From Octopus vulgaris (Eukaryota), in the NCBI GenBank assembly GCA_951406725.2, contig OX597826.1, positions 22,134,001-22,198,000 of the forward strand: a DNA stretch of 64,000 nucleotides. The letters run 5' to 3'. Below, piece after piece: positions 13,111 through 25,933 of the stretch. Position 1 is the stretch's first letter; every line of letters begins with the position of its first letter. Position numbers and translations under genes: made by a program. Below the pieces are notes generated by a model. It did not search any database. It was not told where the DNA came from and saw only the letters and a list, made by a program, of their open reading frames with translations.

Positions 13111-13470
13111 AGTGCTGACATTTCCAACATTGGTAAGGAAACAAGAAAACCAGTGCTTTTGAACAAAAATACCCTGTGTGGGTATTTGTTCTGCCCGAGT
13201 CATTCTCACCACCAAAAATACAAGGAACCAATGATTGCTCAGTTAGAAACCTGTAACCAATGGTACCACTGTTTACCAAATGTGATATAAAAATATAAAA
13301 TTAAATTAAATTACAAATTAAAAGCAGTTCTTGTAATGTAAACATTATTAGTTGCACATACGTAGTATATATGTGAAATTTGCTGTGGGACAATGTCCAA
13401 GGAAAGCTGTCCAAATAATGCTGAGAGTTAAAGAACACCTGAATATCACAAACCAGGTGAGACAACTCAC

Positions 13471-13480
13471 CTTGGAATCA
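13471..13480 (-). CDS. Probable 10-nt microexon of host gene
   Basis: ccattcttag|TGATTCCAAG|gtgagt; restores frame between exons 13569-13596 and 767-895 (..LH-V-I-P-R-ARS..). Confidence 0.5.
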
Positions 13481-13568
13481 CTAAGAATGGTAGATATCAA
13501 TAAACAAAAACATATACACTATGTGCAACTGATAATGTTTAGATAAAATTAAATAAAATTAATCTTAC

Positions 13569-13596
13569 CATGGAGCTCTCCCACTGTAGAAACTTT
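13569..13596 (-). CDS. 28-nt host gene exon (KVSTVGELH)
   Basis: tttattctgtag acceptor, ATG|gtaaga donor. Confidence 0.6.
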
Positions 13597-13785
13597 CTAC
13601 AGAATAAACATCATAAGGAGAAAGAAACTTCTCGTGTTCATCTCTTTCACTTTGATAAAACAGAAAATGAAACATGAAACTAAAGTAAATACATATGGTT
13701 TAATAATAGTTGAAGTTAATTATTATTAATCTTTTTTTGCAATAAGCAGCTAGAATAAAATAAAACTTAGATATTACGTTGAAAC

Positions 13786-13900
13786 CCTCAAAGTACTGAA
13801 GATATCATCTGCAGATACGGATTCTCTTGCAGCACTTGATGGCTGCCTTGAAGATGCAATGCCTAATGCTGAAGGGCACACCTCATGCTCACTTGCTCCA
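13786..13900 (-). CDS. Host gene exon GASEHEVCPSALGIASSRQPSSAARESVSADDIFSTLR
   Basis: ttttcttttctatttcag acceptor and open frame; donor ambiguous (AGG|gtttca keeps frame, alternative exon end at 13778). Confidence 0.68.
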
Positions 13901-14339
13901 CTGAAATAGAAAAGAAAATGAGAAACTCTGCATCAGTGTGCATGTAGCATGAATCTGATGTGCATGTAGTATTAATGTGGTGTGCATGTAGTAAGCTAAT
14001 ATCTAGATATTTCAAGTCCAAAGGATATGTGGAAATGTTTGAACATCAAACAAAATGTGTTACTGAATTTAGTTACAACTCTTTAAGTTCTACTCTTTTA
14101 GGGTCAATGTGCCAATCAAGCCCTGGGGTTGATTTAATTCATTCTTTATATACTCCCCTAGACCTTCAGGTGTTGGGCTTGTATATAAAAAAAACAAACA
14201 AAAAAACTAGAAAATATTACAGAATTCTTAAAATATTTCAAACTTTCAATAATTAGAAAGCCTGCTATGAGAACTTGTCCAGCTCAGCCCAGTCCTGCAA
14301 AACAGATGTAAGACAAACAAGATGGGTGTATATGTACAT

Positions 14340-14950
14340 ATGTGTAGCTGGCTATATGATAAAGAGATTACATCCCTGTTTCTGTGGAAGTCATCACATG
14401 TATGATTAACAGTTGCCCAAAAATGTCATCAAGGTACCAGCTCCCTATGTGGCATAAGGTTGTCACTAAAATAATATACAATGCCATGAAAAAACTGTCC
14501 TACGATAAATATAGAGAACCCCACTGTTGTTAAATACAGACACAAACATTAACTCAAGAAATATTGTTGAGATCATTCGCATCAAAACTTCTGTGAAGTT
14601 CTGTCATAACAGGTCAGATATTGTTGCTTGAGACAGGCAAGGGAAAATATGTAACATCATAGGGGTCAGTTGCCCCGCTGGTGTGAATATCCCTTTGAAA
14701 ACCAAAGCAAAAAAAGATAACCACAGACAACTGCTTTGAAACCTCCAGCTTCTGTATCCAGATTATAAATTCACATTTCTACCAATAATAATTAGTGCTT
14801 TTGGTTTTGTAAGTGCTTAAAGTGACAATCTGGATAAGTTGGGGTTTTCAAAATACAGAAATCAACCAAATGACTCACACATTATAAATATAATCTGTAA
14901 ATGAAACAGTAAAAATATGTAAAACTTTTGTCAAGTTTAAAATGTAAATT
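14340..14950 (+). mobile_element. R4/Dong-like non-LTR element remnant (restriction-like endonuclease domain)
   Basis: Conceptual translation INSCPKMSSRY..HNRSDIV..D..CNIIGVSCP..LPIIISAFG matches the CCHC plus PD-(D/E)xK RLE pattern, decayed. Confidence 0.7.
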
Positions 14951-15051
14951 TGTTTTTGTTATCAACATTCCAACAATGGAGTTTTGCCCCTTCTGTTACA
15001 AACCAGGCTCCTTCTTTACAAGATTTCAGTTTAGATAATTAATACACACAC

Positions 15052-17022
15052 TGCTATGTCTTTTCGTCCAACGACACTTTGTCGAATGTCTTTTCTTCCT
15101 TGTCTTTTTGTCTGATGATTTTTTTGTCCAACAACTTTTCGTCCAATTTTAAAATGAACTCTTTAGAAAACAAGCTGAAATATCCGTAAGGACATTCACA
15201 GGTCTCTTTATAGGACGGCTATTATTGTTTTATTTTCCTTCTCTGTTAACAGTTTTACTTTCTCTTTTTCCTTCTCTTTCTTAAGCATGGTGCTGTGTAT
15301 AGAGAGTACTGCAAATTTAATGTACACACTTTTAATTTACTCATCCCGAAATAACAAAGTTCACAGTGTTGACCAAAAACAAGAGAAAAGTAGTTGATGG
15401 AAGGAATTACATCTACGATTTTCATTCAAGCAAAACAAAAACTAGTAAAGAATACTGGAGCTGTGAGAAAAGAAGGCTGTGTTCAGTGTGAATTCACACT
15501 ATAATGAAAAACAATGAGCTGAAAATGATTTATTTTTCTAGTGAGCACCTTCATCCAGTTGATGTAGATTCATTAAATGCTAGAAAAGCAGTCGCAGAAA
15601 TAAAGTATGAAGCTGTGGAAAACAGCAGCAAGTTTGTGTAGCATAATGGCGGCTAAGTTTACGCAGCCAACAGAAAATACTTGCACACAACCTCGTTTGC
15701 CTGTAATTTCAAGGTCTATTCAAAGGTGCTGACAAAAATATTCTGGATTTCCCGGTAATCTAGGGGCTAGAACTGTTTTTGAAATACCTGAAGAATATTG
15801 TAAACATGATAATGCCGAACAGTTTCTGAGATACGAATCGGGTATCGAGGACCAACAGCACATACTAGTATTTGCATCAGAAAATGCTCTTTAGGAGATA
15901 GCACCAAATCGTCATTGGGCGTGTGAAGGAATGTTCAAAATTATGCCAGAACACTGGTTTCAACTGTTTAGCATTCATGTACAACTTAAAGGTAGCAGTT
16001 TTCCACGGATCTTTGCATTACTGCCGAATAAAACAAAGCAGACATATGAATTATTTTTCAAGCAATTGAAACCTAATGCATATCTGCTTGATCTCATGGC
16101 AAATTTCGAAGTTGCAGTTCAAAAGGCATTTAATTCATCATTCTCTAATTCATCTATTGTGGCATGTTTGTTTTATTTGAGCCAATCAGCATTCCAAAAA
16201 ATTACAGATTTCGGCCTCAAAGAAAAATACAATAAAGACTCTGAATTCTGTCTTAAAAGTCAATGTTTTGCAGCATTAGCCTTCCTACCAGTCGAAGATG
16301 TTGAGGAGGCCTATAAAGAATTAATAGACAACAAAGAAATACCTGCTGAATTCATCACTTACTTCGACTTGATTTACATAGGCGTTGTGAGAGGACGTGG
16401 TGCTAGACGAAGGAGAGAACTACTTACATTCCCGATAGCTGTATGGAATGTTAATCGGTGTATTCTTCAAGATCTTCCCAGAACAAATAATGCTGCAGAG
16501 GGGTTTCATTCTGCAATTAAGTGTTTTGGTGGGTGGAGTACATCTGAATATTTGGAAATTAATCAAAACTCTGAAGGAAGAGGAAGGGTTCATTCAAGGT
16601 AAAATGACTCAAATTCTTCAAGGAGATACGTCAAATTCATGTACACGATATTGAAGGATAACTGAATGCCTCAAAAGACTGGTCACTGAATATGGGTCAA
16701 CAAGAAAAATCGATTTTTCGAAGAGTGTGGCATATAACTTGCATCAGTTTTAAGTGATCATAATAAATCATTATAGATATCTTGTTACTTTTTTAAAATG
16801 ACTTTTCTTAAATACATTTTTTCCACAGTATTTTACTTGAACCCTATCAATAAAATTCTCTCCATGATTATTTGATTTTGATGATCACCTTGTTCTCTGA
16901 AGAGTTTATTTAAAATTGGACAAGTCGGACAAAAAAGAAATCATCAGACAAAAAAGACGTCGGACCAAGACGTGGATGAAGTGATGTTGGACAAAGTGAC
17001 ATTGGATGAAAAGTCAGGTTAC
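15052..17022 (+). mobile_element. Mutator-like (MULE) DNA transposon, degenerate
   Basis: ~130-bp imperfect TIRs with gtccaa/ttggac subrepeats; FLYWCH-like remnant YWSCEKRRLC..HLHP at ~15450-15560; ORF 15931-16602 with QLFSIH, FALLPNKT, CLFYLSQ and PRTNNAAEGFH. Confidence 0.85.
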
Positions 17023-17049
17023 AAGTACACACAAACATACACATTATTT

Positions 17050-17910
17050 ATTTTACATGTTTTTCCATGCTAGCATAGATTGGACAAATCCATTTGAGTG
17101 AGGAAAGGATTTACAACCAGACACCCCTTCCTGTCACCAGCCCTAACATGTTTTCCAAGCAAGGCATTTTATTTTCTTGCATTTATCAATGAAAGTATAA
17201 AGCCAAAGGCTGATTTGCTTGAAAGGGAATGTAAATATACCACCAACATTTTTTTTTTTAGCTCCATGGTTTCACACAGACCACAGAATATAAACATTCA
17301 CACTGACACACATAAACATTTCATCATCATTTAACATCCTCCTTTTCATATTTTGTAAGGGTCAAATGGAATTTGTTGAGGTGAATTTTTCTATGGCTGG
17401 AAGCTCTTCTTGTAACCGACCTTCACTTATTTCCAAGCAAAGTGTTACTTTCCCAGAGTTAAACATATTTTTCAGGAAAGGCTGAAAATGAACAACTGTG
17501 TTTGTATCACAAGGATGTTCATTTACAACCATCATATGATGTCTATAGAAGGGTACACATAAACACACACATACACATGTATATATGATGGGCTTCTTTC
17601 AGTCTCCTTCTACCAAATCTACACACAAGGCTTTTATTGGCTTAGGGTTATAGCAGAAGACATTCGCCCGATGTGTCACACAGCAGGACTGAACCCAAGA
17701 CAACATGGTTGGAAAACAACATCTTAACCACACAGCTGTACCTGTGCCCAACCACAAATATGGAACACCATGTTTCCATTTACCAGTTACACTCACATAG
17801 TATTGGGCAGTCCAAAGCTATGGCAGAAAGCATTTGCCAAAGGTGCCATGTAGTGAGATAGAACTCAAGACCATCTGGTTACAAGGTGAACTTCCTACCC
17901 ACACAGCTGT
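17050..17910 (-). mobile_element. Cluster of decayed SINE and RTE-tail fragments
   Basis: Repeated tctaccaaat..cacaagg..gaagacatt..ctgaaccc and ccatgctagcat motifs. Confidence 0.6.
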
Positions 17911-18213
17911 GTGTGTGTGTGTTTGTGTGTTAATCAAAGTGTATAGTATTATATATCCATTATGGCTGATCTTACCAATCAGTTTTACACACAATAGAGT
18001 GTTAGATAACAATCCAGTTATGTAACCCTGTGCTCTTCAGTGATGGCAATTATATGTTGCCAGATTTCATTCCATAATGGATATATAATACTGTACTTCA
18101 ATTAATATACCCACTCTACTGACAAATATATGAGTACATTTCTTCCCGACAAATGGATTCTTAGCAGGCTATATATGTATGTATGTATGTGTGTATGTAT
18201 GTATGTATGTATG

Positions 18214-18240
<27 letters not shown>

Positions 18241-18248
<8 letters not shown>

Positions 18249-18480
18249 TTAGAGATAAAAACCACTATTAGGCAAATCAAACAGTGAAAAAGATAAACCA
18301 AAACAGGGAAATAAAATTAATATAATATACAAAATATATAAAATATAAAATTCAAAATTTAAATAATTTAAATTTTGAATTTTATATACTTCGTATATTA
18401 ATTAATTTTATTTCTATGTTTTGGTTTATGTTTTTCACTGTTTGATTTGCCTAATAGTGGTTTTATCTCTAATTTAATAT
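18241..18480. repeat. ~240-bp AT-rich imperfect palindrome in (TA)n; one arm recurs at 35069-35210
   Basis: attaaattagagataaaaaccactattaggcaaatcaaacagtgaaaaa is mirrored by tttttcactgtttgatttgcctaatagtggttttatctctaatttaat. Confidence 0.9.
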
Positions 18481-18563
18481 ATATATATATTTATACTGTA
18501 AAGATAGATTTAATCCTAAATCTAATTTTTCCCTGTAAGTTTGGATTTACTCCCTAATATTAT

Positions 18564-18600
<37 letters not shown>

Positions 18601-18603
<3 letters not shown>

Positions 18604-19930
18604 TATCTTATGATAAAAGGCAGATTTTCTCTGCTTGTTACCATGTTCGTTTTTAATACAATTCTACAATATAGAATTTCTTCAATTGGAATTTGTCTAT
18701 GATTTTTCGAAGTAGATTCGATTGGGTCATGGCATATAAAGTTTTTTCAATTTGACCCGCAATTAAGCAAAAATTCGAGAAAAGTAAATATTTTACGATT
18801 TGCCTCTCTAATTTCAACTGCTTCACTCCTGTTATTACCACACTTTCTCTTACTTTCTCTTTGCAAGTGTACCTTAAACCACTACTCAAAAAAAATACAG
18901 AGCAAACAGAAACAAATAAATACATAACGATTTACTCCTCACACAATTTCTTCAATTGGAATTTACCTATGATTTTTCGAAGTACATTCCATTCGGTCAT
19001 GACATATAAATTTCTTTCAATTTGACCCCAATTAAGCAAAAATTCGAGAAAACTCAATATTTTACGATTTCCCTCTCTCACTTCAAAGGCTTTACTCTGC
19101 CTATTACCACACTTTCTCCTACTTTCTCTTTACACACATAGACACGCAAACATATACATATATGACAGTGACAAACACAAACGTTTCAAACAACTACATA
19201 CGAACACTCAAACACACACACACACACACACGTGTGTGTTTGTCGAATTAGATGATAACTCAACAGAAAAGATAAATTGGTTTTTAATTTACTTTCTGTC
19301 GCTAAGTTTTCGTAGTATTAATTTGCAAGCGTACTTCAGTTGTCAATTGTTGAAAGAAAATTGTAAGCTAAGAAGGTGTGTGTGTGTGTGTGTGTGTGTG
19401 TGAGTGTGTTTGTGTGTGTGTAGGAAGTGAAGGATAAAAATATGGCAAGAAGTGGACAGATGTACATATATATAAATACATACATCCACACATACATACA
19501 TGTGTGTGTGTGTGTGTGTGTGTGTATTAATTTGTGTGTGTTATCTCTCTCTATATAAAGCTGAAGTTGTCTGTGTGTGCCAGGTTTGGTAGCCTTCAAC
19601 TAACACTATCTCCTCCGAGACCCTGTGGTGCAAGTTGACCAAAATTGAGAGTATGATAGAAGGGTTGCTCTTCCTTCCATAGAAGATAAAAGTCAAATTG
19701 GACCATGTTAACACCAAAAATTATTTACATCAAAAAGGTGCTTTTTTCTATGAAAATCCCTATTTTTTACGATTTATCACTGCTGTGTCGCCACTTTTCG
19801 GTGTATTTCAACCACAAAAATGTTCACTTGAAGAGAATAACAAGCTACATAATGCAAAATTTTTACTTTTCAAAAATTCCAATTCCAGTGGGTCGAAACA
19901 AACCCGAGCAACGCCGGGCGATACTGCTAG
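18601..19930 (+). mobile_element. Non-autonomous Helitron(s), composite (second 5' end at 19544)
   Basis: a|TC 5' ends at 18601 and 19544; GC hairpin cccgagcaacgccggg at 19903-19918 then CTAG|t at 19927-19930; internal ~270-bp duplication. Confidence 0.75.
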
Positions 19931-19945
19931 TATATATATATATAT

Positions 19946-22212
19946 ACGTTTATATATTTGTTGTGCAAGATTTTTTATGTGAAGTCGTGTGTTGAAACAG
20001 ATATTGTTATATTTCGGAATGGTCATTTTGCCAGTTTAGCCAATAAAAACACATGCACTATATATTTGGTGTTATTTTGCTTCAGTGTTATTTAGTTTTT
20101 ATATTAATCTTAATCTTATTTCGGCCACAGTTCTTTCGTCACACTCCTGTGACCGCATCAGTGGTCCTTTGTTTTCTTCTTTCTTATTCGTGTCCTTACT
20201 AACCGTCAGCCATTTTGTATTTCTATTGTATGTCTTCATTTGCGCATGCTTATATCTCTATGTGCGTCTATGTTTATTTAGTGTGTGGGGGGGATGCCTG
20301 TAATATTTGTATCTTCTGTTTATATACGTTCATGTAATTTGTTTTTGTTGTTGTTGATTTTGTTTAATCTTATTTTGTTCATGTGTTTACATCCACTTAT
20401 TATTATCATTACATATGCTTGTATGTATAACAACAATACTAGTAATAATAATAATAAATCAAAACAAAAAAAAACTTATAGTTATTTATTTCTATTTGTT
20501 TATTTATCTGTGTATTTATTATGTTTTCGGGATCCTCTACCGTCATATATGCCCAGGATGAGGGGGTAGCCATCGGCGTTAGTATTGCTGGTAATGTGGC
20601 CAACCTTTTCATGGTATGGTGGGACAGAAGGCTTAAAGAATGCCTAACACAGAACTCCATACTCGTAAACAGGTACTCTCGCTATGTTGATGATATCAAC
20701 ATAGTGGTAAAGGCACCCCCACAAGAGAGTACTGTTGATATAGTAATAGAAACTAATACTATGGAGAGCATCCAGCAAATAGCTAACTCCATCCACCGGA
20801 GTATTAAGGTCACAATAGACTACCCCACTAAACACCCCAACCATAGACTACCATTACTAGACACTGAACTCTGGCTAGAAATTGTGAATAATAAAACCCA
20901 AATCCTTCATTCGTACTATGCCAAACCTATGGCCTCAAAATACTTGATCCACCGGAACTCAGCCATTGCGGACAATGCCAAATTCAATATTTTGATGGCA
21001 GACCTCGTCAGAATAATGAGAAATGTGTCACGCATGTGCGAGCCTACAGAGACACATACAATATTTTATTCACCGCATGCAGTTCTCAGGTAACAGCCAT
21101 AAAGAAAGGATCAGAGTATACAAAGGAGCCATGAAGAAATTTGATAATATATTATGTAATGATAGGAATGGGATTTGCCCACTCTATAGGAACAAGTCAT
21201 GGAACACTATAGAAAGGACAAAAAAGAAAATAGGGAAGGCCAACTCTTGGTATGATAGCCATAAATACCAGAGTGTCATGTTCGTTGACACCACCCCTGG
21301 AGGTGAACTGGCGTACCGCTTTAGAAGGACCCTAGACAAACTTAAGCTAAGGATTAAGGTTGTTGAAAAGCCAGACAACCCTATCAAATCTATAATTGGT
21401 AGAACCTATCCTTTTCGTAGAACCTCCTGTACGGATAAGTACTGTACTGTATGTAGATTTAGCCCACAAACAAACTGTAAAGCCAGAAATGTAGTCTATA
21501 GTATAAGATGTATAGAGGGGCGATGCAGTAACAAGACAACGACATACGTAGGGGAAACAGCAAGAAGCATAGGAGAGCGGGTGAACGACATTGGAGAGAA
21601 CTCAAGGAAGGTAAAAGCTCATCGATTCTGTACCAACACGCCAAACAGGAACACGGGGGATCAATCAACAACATAGAAATTAAAATATTGTCCACACATA
21701 GAACAGATGCAACAATCAGACAAATTACAGAAGCTACACACATAATAGAAAATAAACCTAGCCTGAATAGGAAACTAGAATGATTTTGATTTATTATTAT
21801 TATTACTAGTATTGTTGTTATACATACAAGCATATGTAATGATAATAAGTGGATGTAAACACATGAACAAAATAAGAATAAACAAAAACAACAACAACAA
21901 AAACAAATTACATGAACGTATATAAACAGAAGATACAAATATTACAGGCATCCCCCCCACACACACTAAATAAACATAGACGCACATAGAGATATAAGCA
22001 TGCGCAAATGAAGACATACAATAGAAATACAAAATGGCTGACGGTTAGTAAGGAGAGACACAAATAAGAAAGAAGAAAACAAAGGACCACTGATGCGGTC
22101 ACAGGAGTGTGACGAAAGAACTAAGATTAAGATTAATATAAAAAATAAATAACACTGAAGCAAAATAACACCAAATATATAGTGCGTGTGTTTTTATTGG
22201 CTAAACTGGCAA
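19946..22212 (+). mobile_element. Penelope-like element (probably Neptune-type) with inverted pseudo-LTRs
   Basis: RT GVAIG..ANLFMVWWD, RYVDD, LPLLD, YYAKP; GIY-YIG NVVYSIRC..YVGETARS preceded by a Cys linker; ~430-bp inverted repeat 20028-20464 vs 21784-22212; (TA)n flanks. Confidence 0.9.
22083..22122 (+). ncRNA. Variant hammerhead-like motif in pLTR (fuller inverse copy at ~20123-20168, minus)
   Basis: ggacca-CTGATGCG-gtcac-aggagt-gtgac-GAAA-gaact; the minus copy continues g-tggcc to close helix I; core is non-canonical. Confidence 0.5.
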
Positions 22213-22221
22213 TATATATAT

Positions 22222-22490
22222 ATTCAAGACAGGCTGCCCCTGGGCGCTCCTCTATGCTGATGACCTTGCTCTAATAGCTGAGTCATTGCCAGAATTGGAG
22301 ACAAAGTTTAGGGTGTGGAAGCAAGGTCCAGAATCAAAGGGCTTTCAGGGTTAATCTAGCAAAAACCAAAGTCTTAGTAAGCAGGAAGGCTGTCAAATCA
22401 CAACCTATTTCAGGCAGATGACCCTGCTTGATCTGTAGAAAAGGCATGGGTATAAACTCTATATGATGTAACTGGTGTAAGCTATGGACA
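22222..22490 (+). mobile_element. Separate RTE RT fragment abutting the next RTE
   Basis: Diverged duplicate of ~23046-23313 (LLYADDLAL region). Confidence 0.8.
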
Positions 22491-24564
22491 CCAGATATTA
22501 TAGCCTAGTCACCCGTATAGTTAACCAGGTGATACACAAAGAAGTCATACCCAATGATTGGTGTAGCAGCACTATAGTCAACTGCTACAAAGGAAAAGGT
22601 GACGCTTTAGATACAAATAATTACAGAGGTATCAAGTTGTTAGATCAGGTAATAAAGGTCACGGAGAGGGTCATAGCCCAACTAATTAAGGAGAGAGTCA
22701 GTTTAGATGAGTTGCAGTTTGGGTTTGTGCCAGGGAAAAGTACCACTGATGCTATATTTCTGGTAAGACAGCTGCAGGAGAAATACTTGGCCAAAGATAA
22801 ACCGCTGTACCTGGCTTTTTTTGACATGGAGAAAGCATTTGACAGCCCCCTCCCCCCGATCCCTTATTTGGTGGTCAATGAGGAAACTAGGTATAGATGA
22901 ATGGTTAGTGAGATCTGACGCTGTCAGTAAAGTGAAGGTTGGCAATGAGTACAGTGAAGAATTCCAGGTGGAGGTAGGGGTCCACCAAGGTTCAATCCTC
23001 AGTCCCCTCCTATTTATCATAGTCCTCCAAGCAATAACAGAGGAATTCAAGACAGGATGCCCCTGGAAGCTTCTCTATGCTGATGACTTGGCTCTAATTG
23101 CTGAGTCACTATCAGAACTAGAGGAGAATTTTCAGGTGTGGAAACAAGGATTAGAATTGAAGGGCCTTAGAGTCAACCTAGCTAAAACCAAAGTCCTAAT
23201 AAGTAGGAGGGCAGGCAAACCACAAATCCCTTCAGGTAGATGGCCCTGCTCGATCTGTAGAAAAGGCGTAGGTAGAAACTCTATAAGATGTACCCAGTGT
23301 AAGCTAATGACACATAAGAGGAGCAGTAATATCAAAGGAAGGCTAACTGGGAAGACAGCTTTTGTATGTGGCAGATGCTCAGGAGCAATAAACACTGAAA
23401 ACATGCAGAGAACAACTTCAGTCACATTCCAGGGAGAAAAACTAGAAGTAGTTGATAGCTTCCGTTACCTAGGTAACCAAGTCAGTAGCAGGGGAGGGTG
23501 CACTGAAAGTGTAACGGCTAGAGTGAGAATAGCCTGGGCAAAGTTCTGAGAGCTCTTACCTCTGCAGGTGACAAAGGCCTTTCGCTCAGAGTAAAAAGGT
23601 AGACTGTATGACACATGTGTATGAACAGCCATGCTACATGGCAGTGAAACATGGGCCGTGACTGCTGAGGATATGTGTAAGCTTGTGAGGAATGAAGCCA
23701 GTATGCTCCACTGGATGTGTAATTTCAGTGTGCATAATCGACACAGTGTATGTACCTTGAGAGAAATGTTGGACCTAAGAAGCATCAGATGTGGGGTGCA
23801 AGAGAGACGACTGTGCTGGTATGGTCATGTGGCGAGAATGGATGAGGACAGCTGTGTGAAAAAGTGCCACACCCTGGCAGTTGAGGGAACCTGTGGAAGA
23901 GGTAGACCTAGGAAGACCTGGGATGAAGTGGTGAAGCATGACCTTCGAACATTAGGCCTCACCGAGGCAATGACCAGTGACTGAGACTTTTGGAAATATG
24001 CTGTGCTTGAGAAGACCTGGCAAGCCAAGTGTGACCATAACCTTGTGGCCTAAGCCAGGGGTGTAACCAGCCGACTTATGCGTACCTTCCCTTCATTGGA
24101 CACTGCTTGCGAAGACCTGTTGATGCAAGTGAAATCGAAATCAAATTTGATAACTGGCATCCATGCTAGTGGAGCACTAAGAGCAACATCCGAGCGTGAT
24201 CGTTGCCAGAGCGGCTAACTGGCATTCGTGTTGGTTGCATGAAAAAGCACCATTTGAGTATGATCATTACCAGTGTCGCCTTACTGGCACTTGTGCCAGT
24301 GTGCAGGTGACAGGTAAAAAAGAAAAAAAACATGATTTTTTCGTAGCCGTTGCCAGTACCGCCAGACTAGCCCTCGTGCCTGTGACATGTAAAAGCACCC
24401 ACTACACTCTAGGAGTGGTTGGCGTTAGGAAGGGCATCCAGCTGTAGAAACTCTGCCAGATCAAGATTGGAGCCTGGTGCAGCCATCTGGTTCATCAGTC
24501 TTCAGTCAAATCGTCCAACCCATGCTAGCATGGAAAGCGGACATTAAACGATGATGATGATGAT
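22491..24564 (+). mobile_element. RTE-clade LINE, 5'-truncated, with RT, 3' UTR and (TGA)n tail
   Basis: NYRGIKLL, QFGF..STTDAIF, DMEKAFD, GVHQGSILSP, YADD, FRYLG, LHGSETW and RGRPRKTW motifs. Confidence 0.93.
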
Positions 24565-24576
24565 ACATATATATAT

Positions 24577-24609
<33 letters not shown>

Positions 24610-24704
24610 TCATATAATTAAGGGCTAAAGAGGGTTATTCTAAAGCCAATACACTGATTTATCCACTTATAATCCACTTGTTACAGGAAAATATATATAT
24701 ATGT

Positions 24705-25114
24705 AGGCGCAGGAGTGGCTGTGTGGTAAGTAGCTTGCTAACCAACCACATGGTTCCGGGTTCAATCCCACTGCGTGACATCTTGGGCAAGTGTCTTCTG
24801 CTATAGCCTTGGGCCGACCAAAGCCTTGTGAGTGGATTTGGTAGACGGAAACTGAAAGAAGCCTGTCGTATATATGTATATATATGTGTATGTGTGTGTA
24901 TATGTTTGTCTGTGTTTGTCCTTCTAGCATTGCCTGACAACCGATGCTGGTGTGTTTACGTCCCCGTTACTTAGCGGTTCGGCAAAAGTGACCGATAGAA
25001 TAAGTACTGGGCTTACAAAGAATAAGTTCTGGGCTCGATTTGCTCGACTAAAGGCGGTGCTCCAGCATGGCTGCAGTCAAATGATTGAAACAAGTAAAAG
25101 AGTAAAAGAGAGAG
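24705..25114 (+). mobile_element. Full-length tRNA-derived SINE with internal (TA/TG)n
   Basis: tggctgtgtggtaa A box, ggttcaatcc B box, gtaaaaga tail; inverse copy at 27803-28348. Confidence 0.88.
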
Positions 25115-25361
25115 TATATATATATATATATATATATATTAGTCAATTTAGGGTAGCAAAAAAATTCAATAGAAATTTATCGCTACCAGCGGCCTGGTGG
25201 AAAAGAGAAAATAGTCAACGACTAAATATATAAATATAACAATTTAGGAGTGACCCTAACAGGTCATTCGTCCACCAGAAAGAGCAGCCATAACTCACAC
25301 CGCCAAGTAGTAGTAATTCAGAAATTAGGTGAAAATTTAAAAACATTTACCCTAATTCATC

Positions 25362-25459
25362 TTTTAGACGTTGCAACGTTTCTGTGTCATTAATGATTAA
25401 ATTAGCTTAATTAAATTAAATTAAGCTAATCTACCATAGGTTACACTTCATCAGTAAAA
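25362..25459 (-). ncRNA. Type I hammerhead ribozyme, unit 1
   Basis: tttta-CTGATGA-agtgt..acaca-GAAA-cgttgcaacg-TC-taaaa; canonical core with GUC site. Confidence 0.85.
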
Positions 25460-25835
25460 AACCTGGGAGAGACAAATATACACGAGGCGTCTGTATCGAT
25501 GCCTACGGAATATCTGTCTTAAAATTTTCAAGACTGACGTATTCGCGCCAAACTTATCAGCAGTAAATATAAACTGCCGATTCAATCTCAGAATTATTCA
25601 GAAAATTATCAATTAGTCAATTTAGGGTAGCAAAAAAATTCAATAGAAATTTATCGCTACCAGCGGCCTGGTGGAAAAGAGAAAATAGTCAACGACTAAA
25701 TATATAAATATAACAATTTAGGAGTGACCCTAACAGGTCATTCGTCCACCAGAAAGAGCAGCCATAACTCACACCGCCAAGTAGTAGTAATTCAGAAATT
25801 AGGTGAAAATTTAAAAACATTTACCCTAATTCATC

Positions 25836-25933
25836 TTTTAGACGTTGCAACGTTTCTGTGTCATTAATGATTAAATTAGCTTAATTAAATTAAATTAAGC
25901 TAATCTACCATAGGTTACACTTCATCAGTAAAA
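25836..25933 (-). ncRNA. Type I hammerhead ribozyme, unit 2
   Basis: Same motif exactly 474 bp from unit 1. Confidence 0.85.

Noticed and set aside
24705-24780. tRNA-like sequences (also ~5765-5835, ~340-420, ~51920-51990)
   Set aside because: They are SINE heads with A/B boxes continuing into repeat bodies, some with TSDs; no proper cloverleaf
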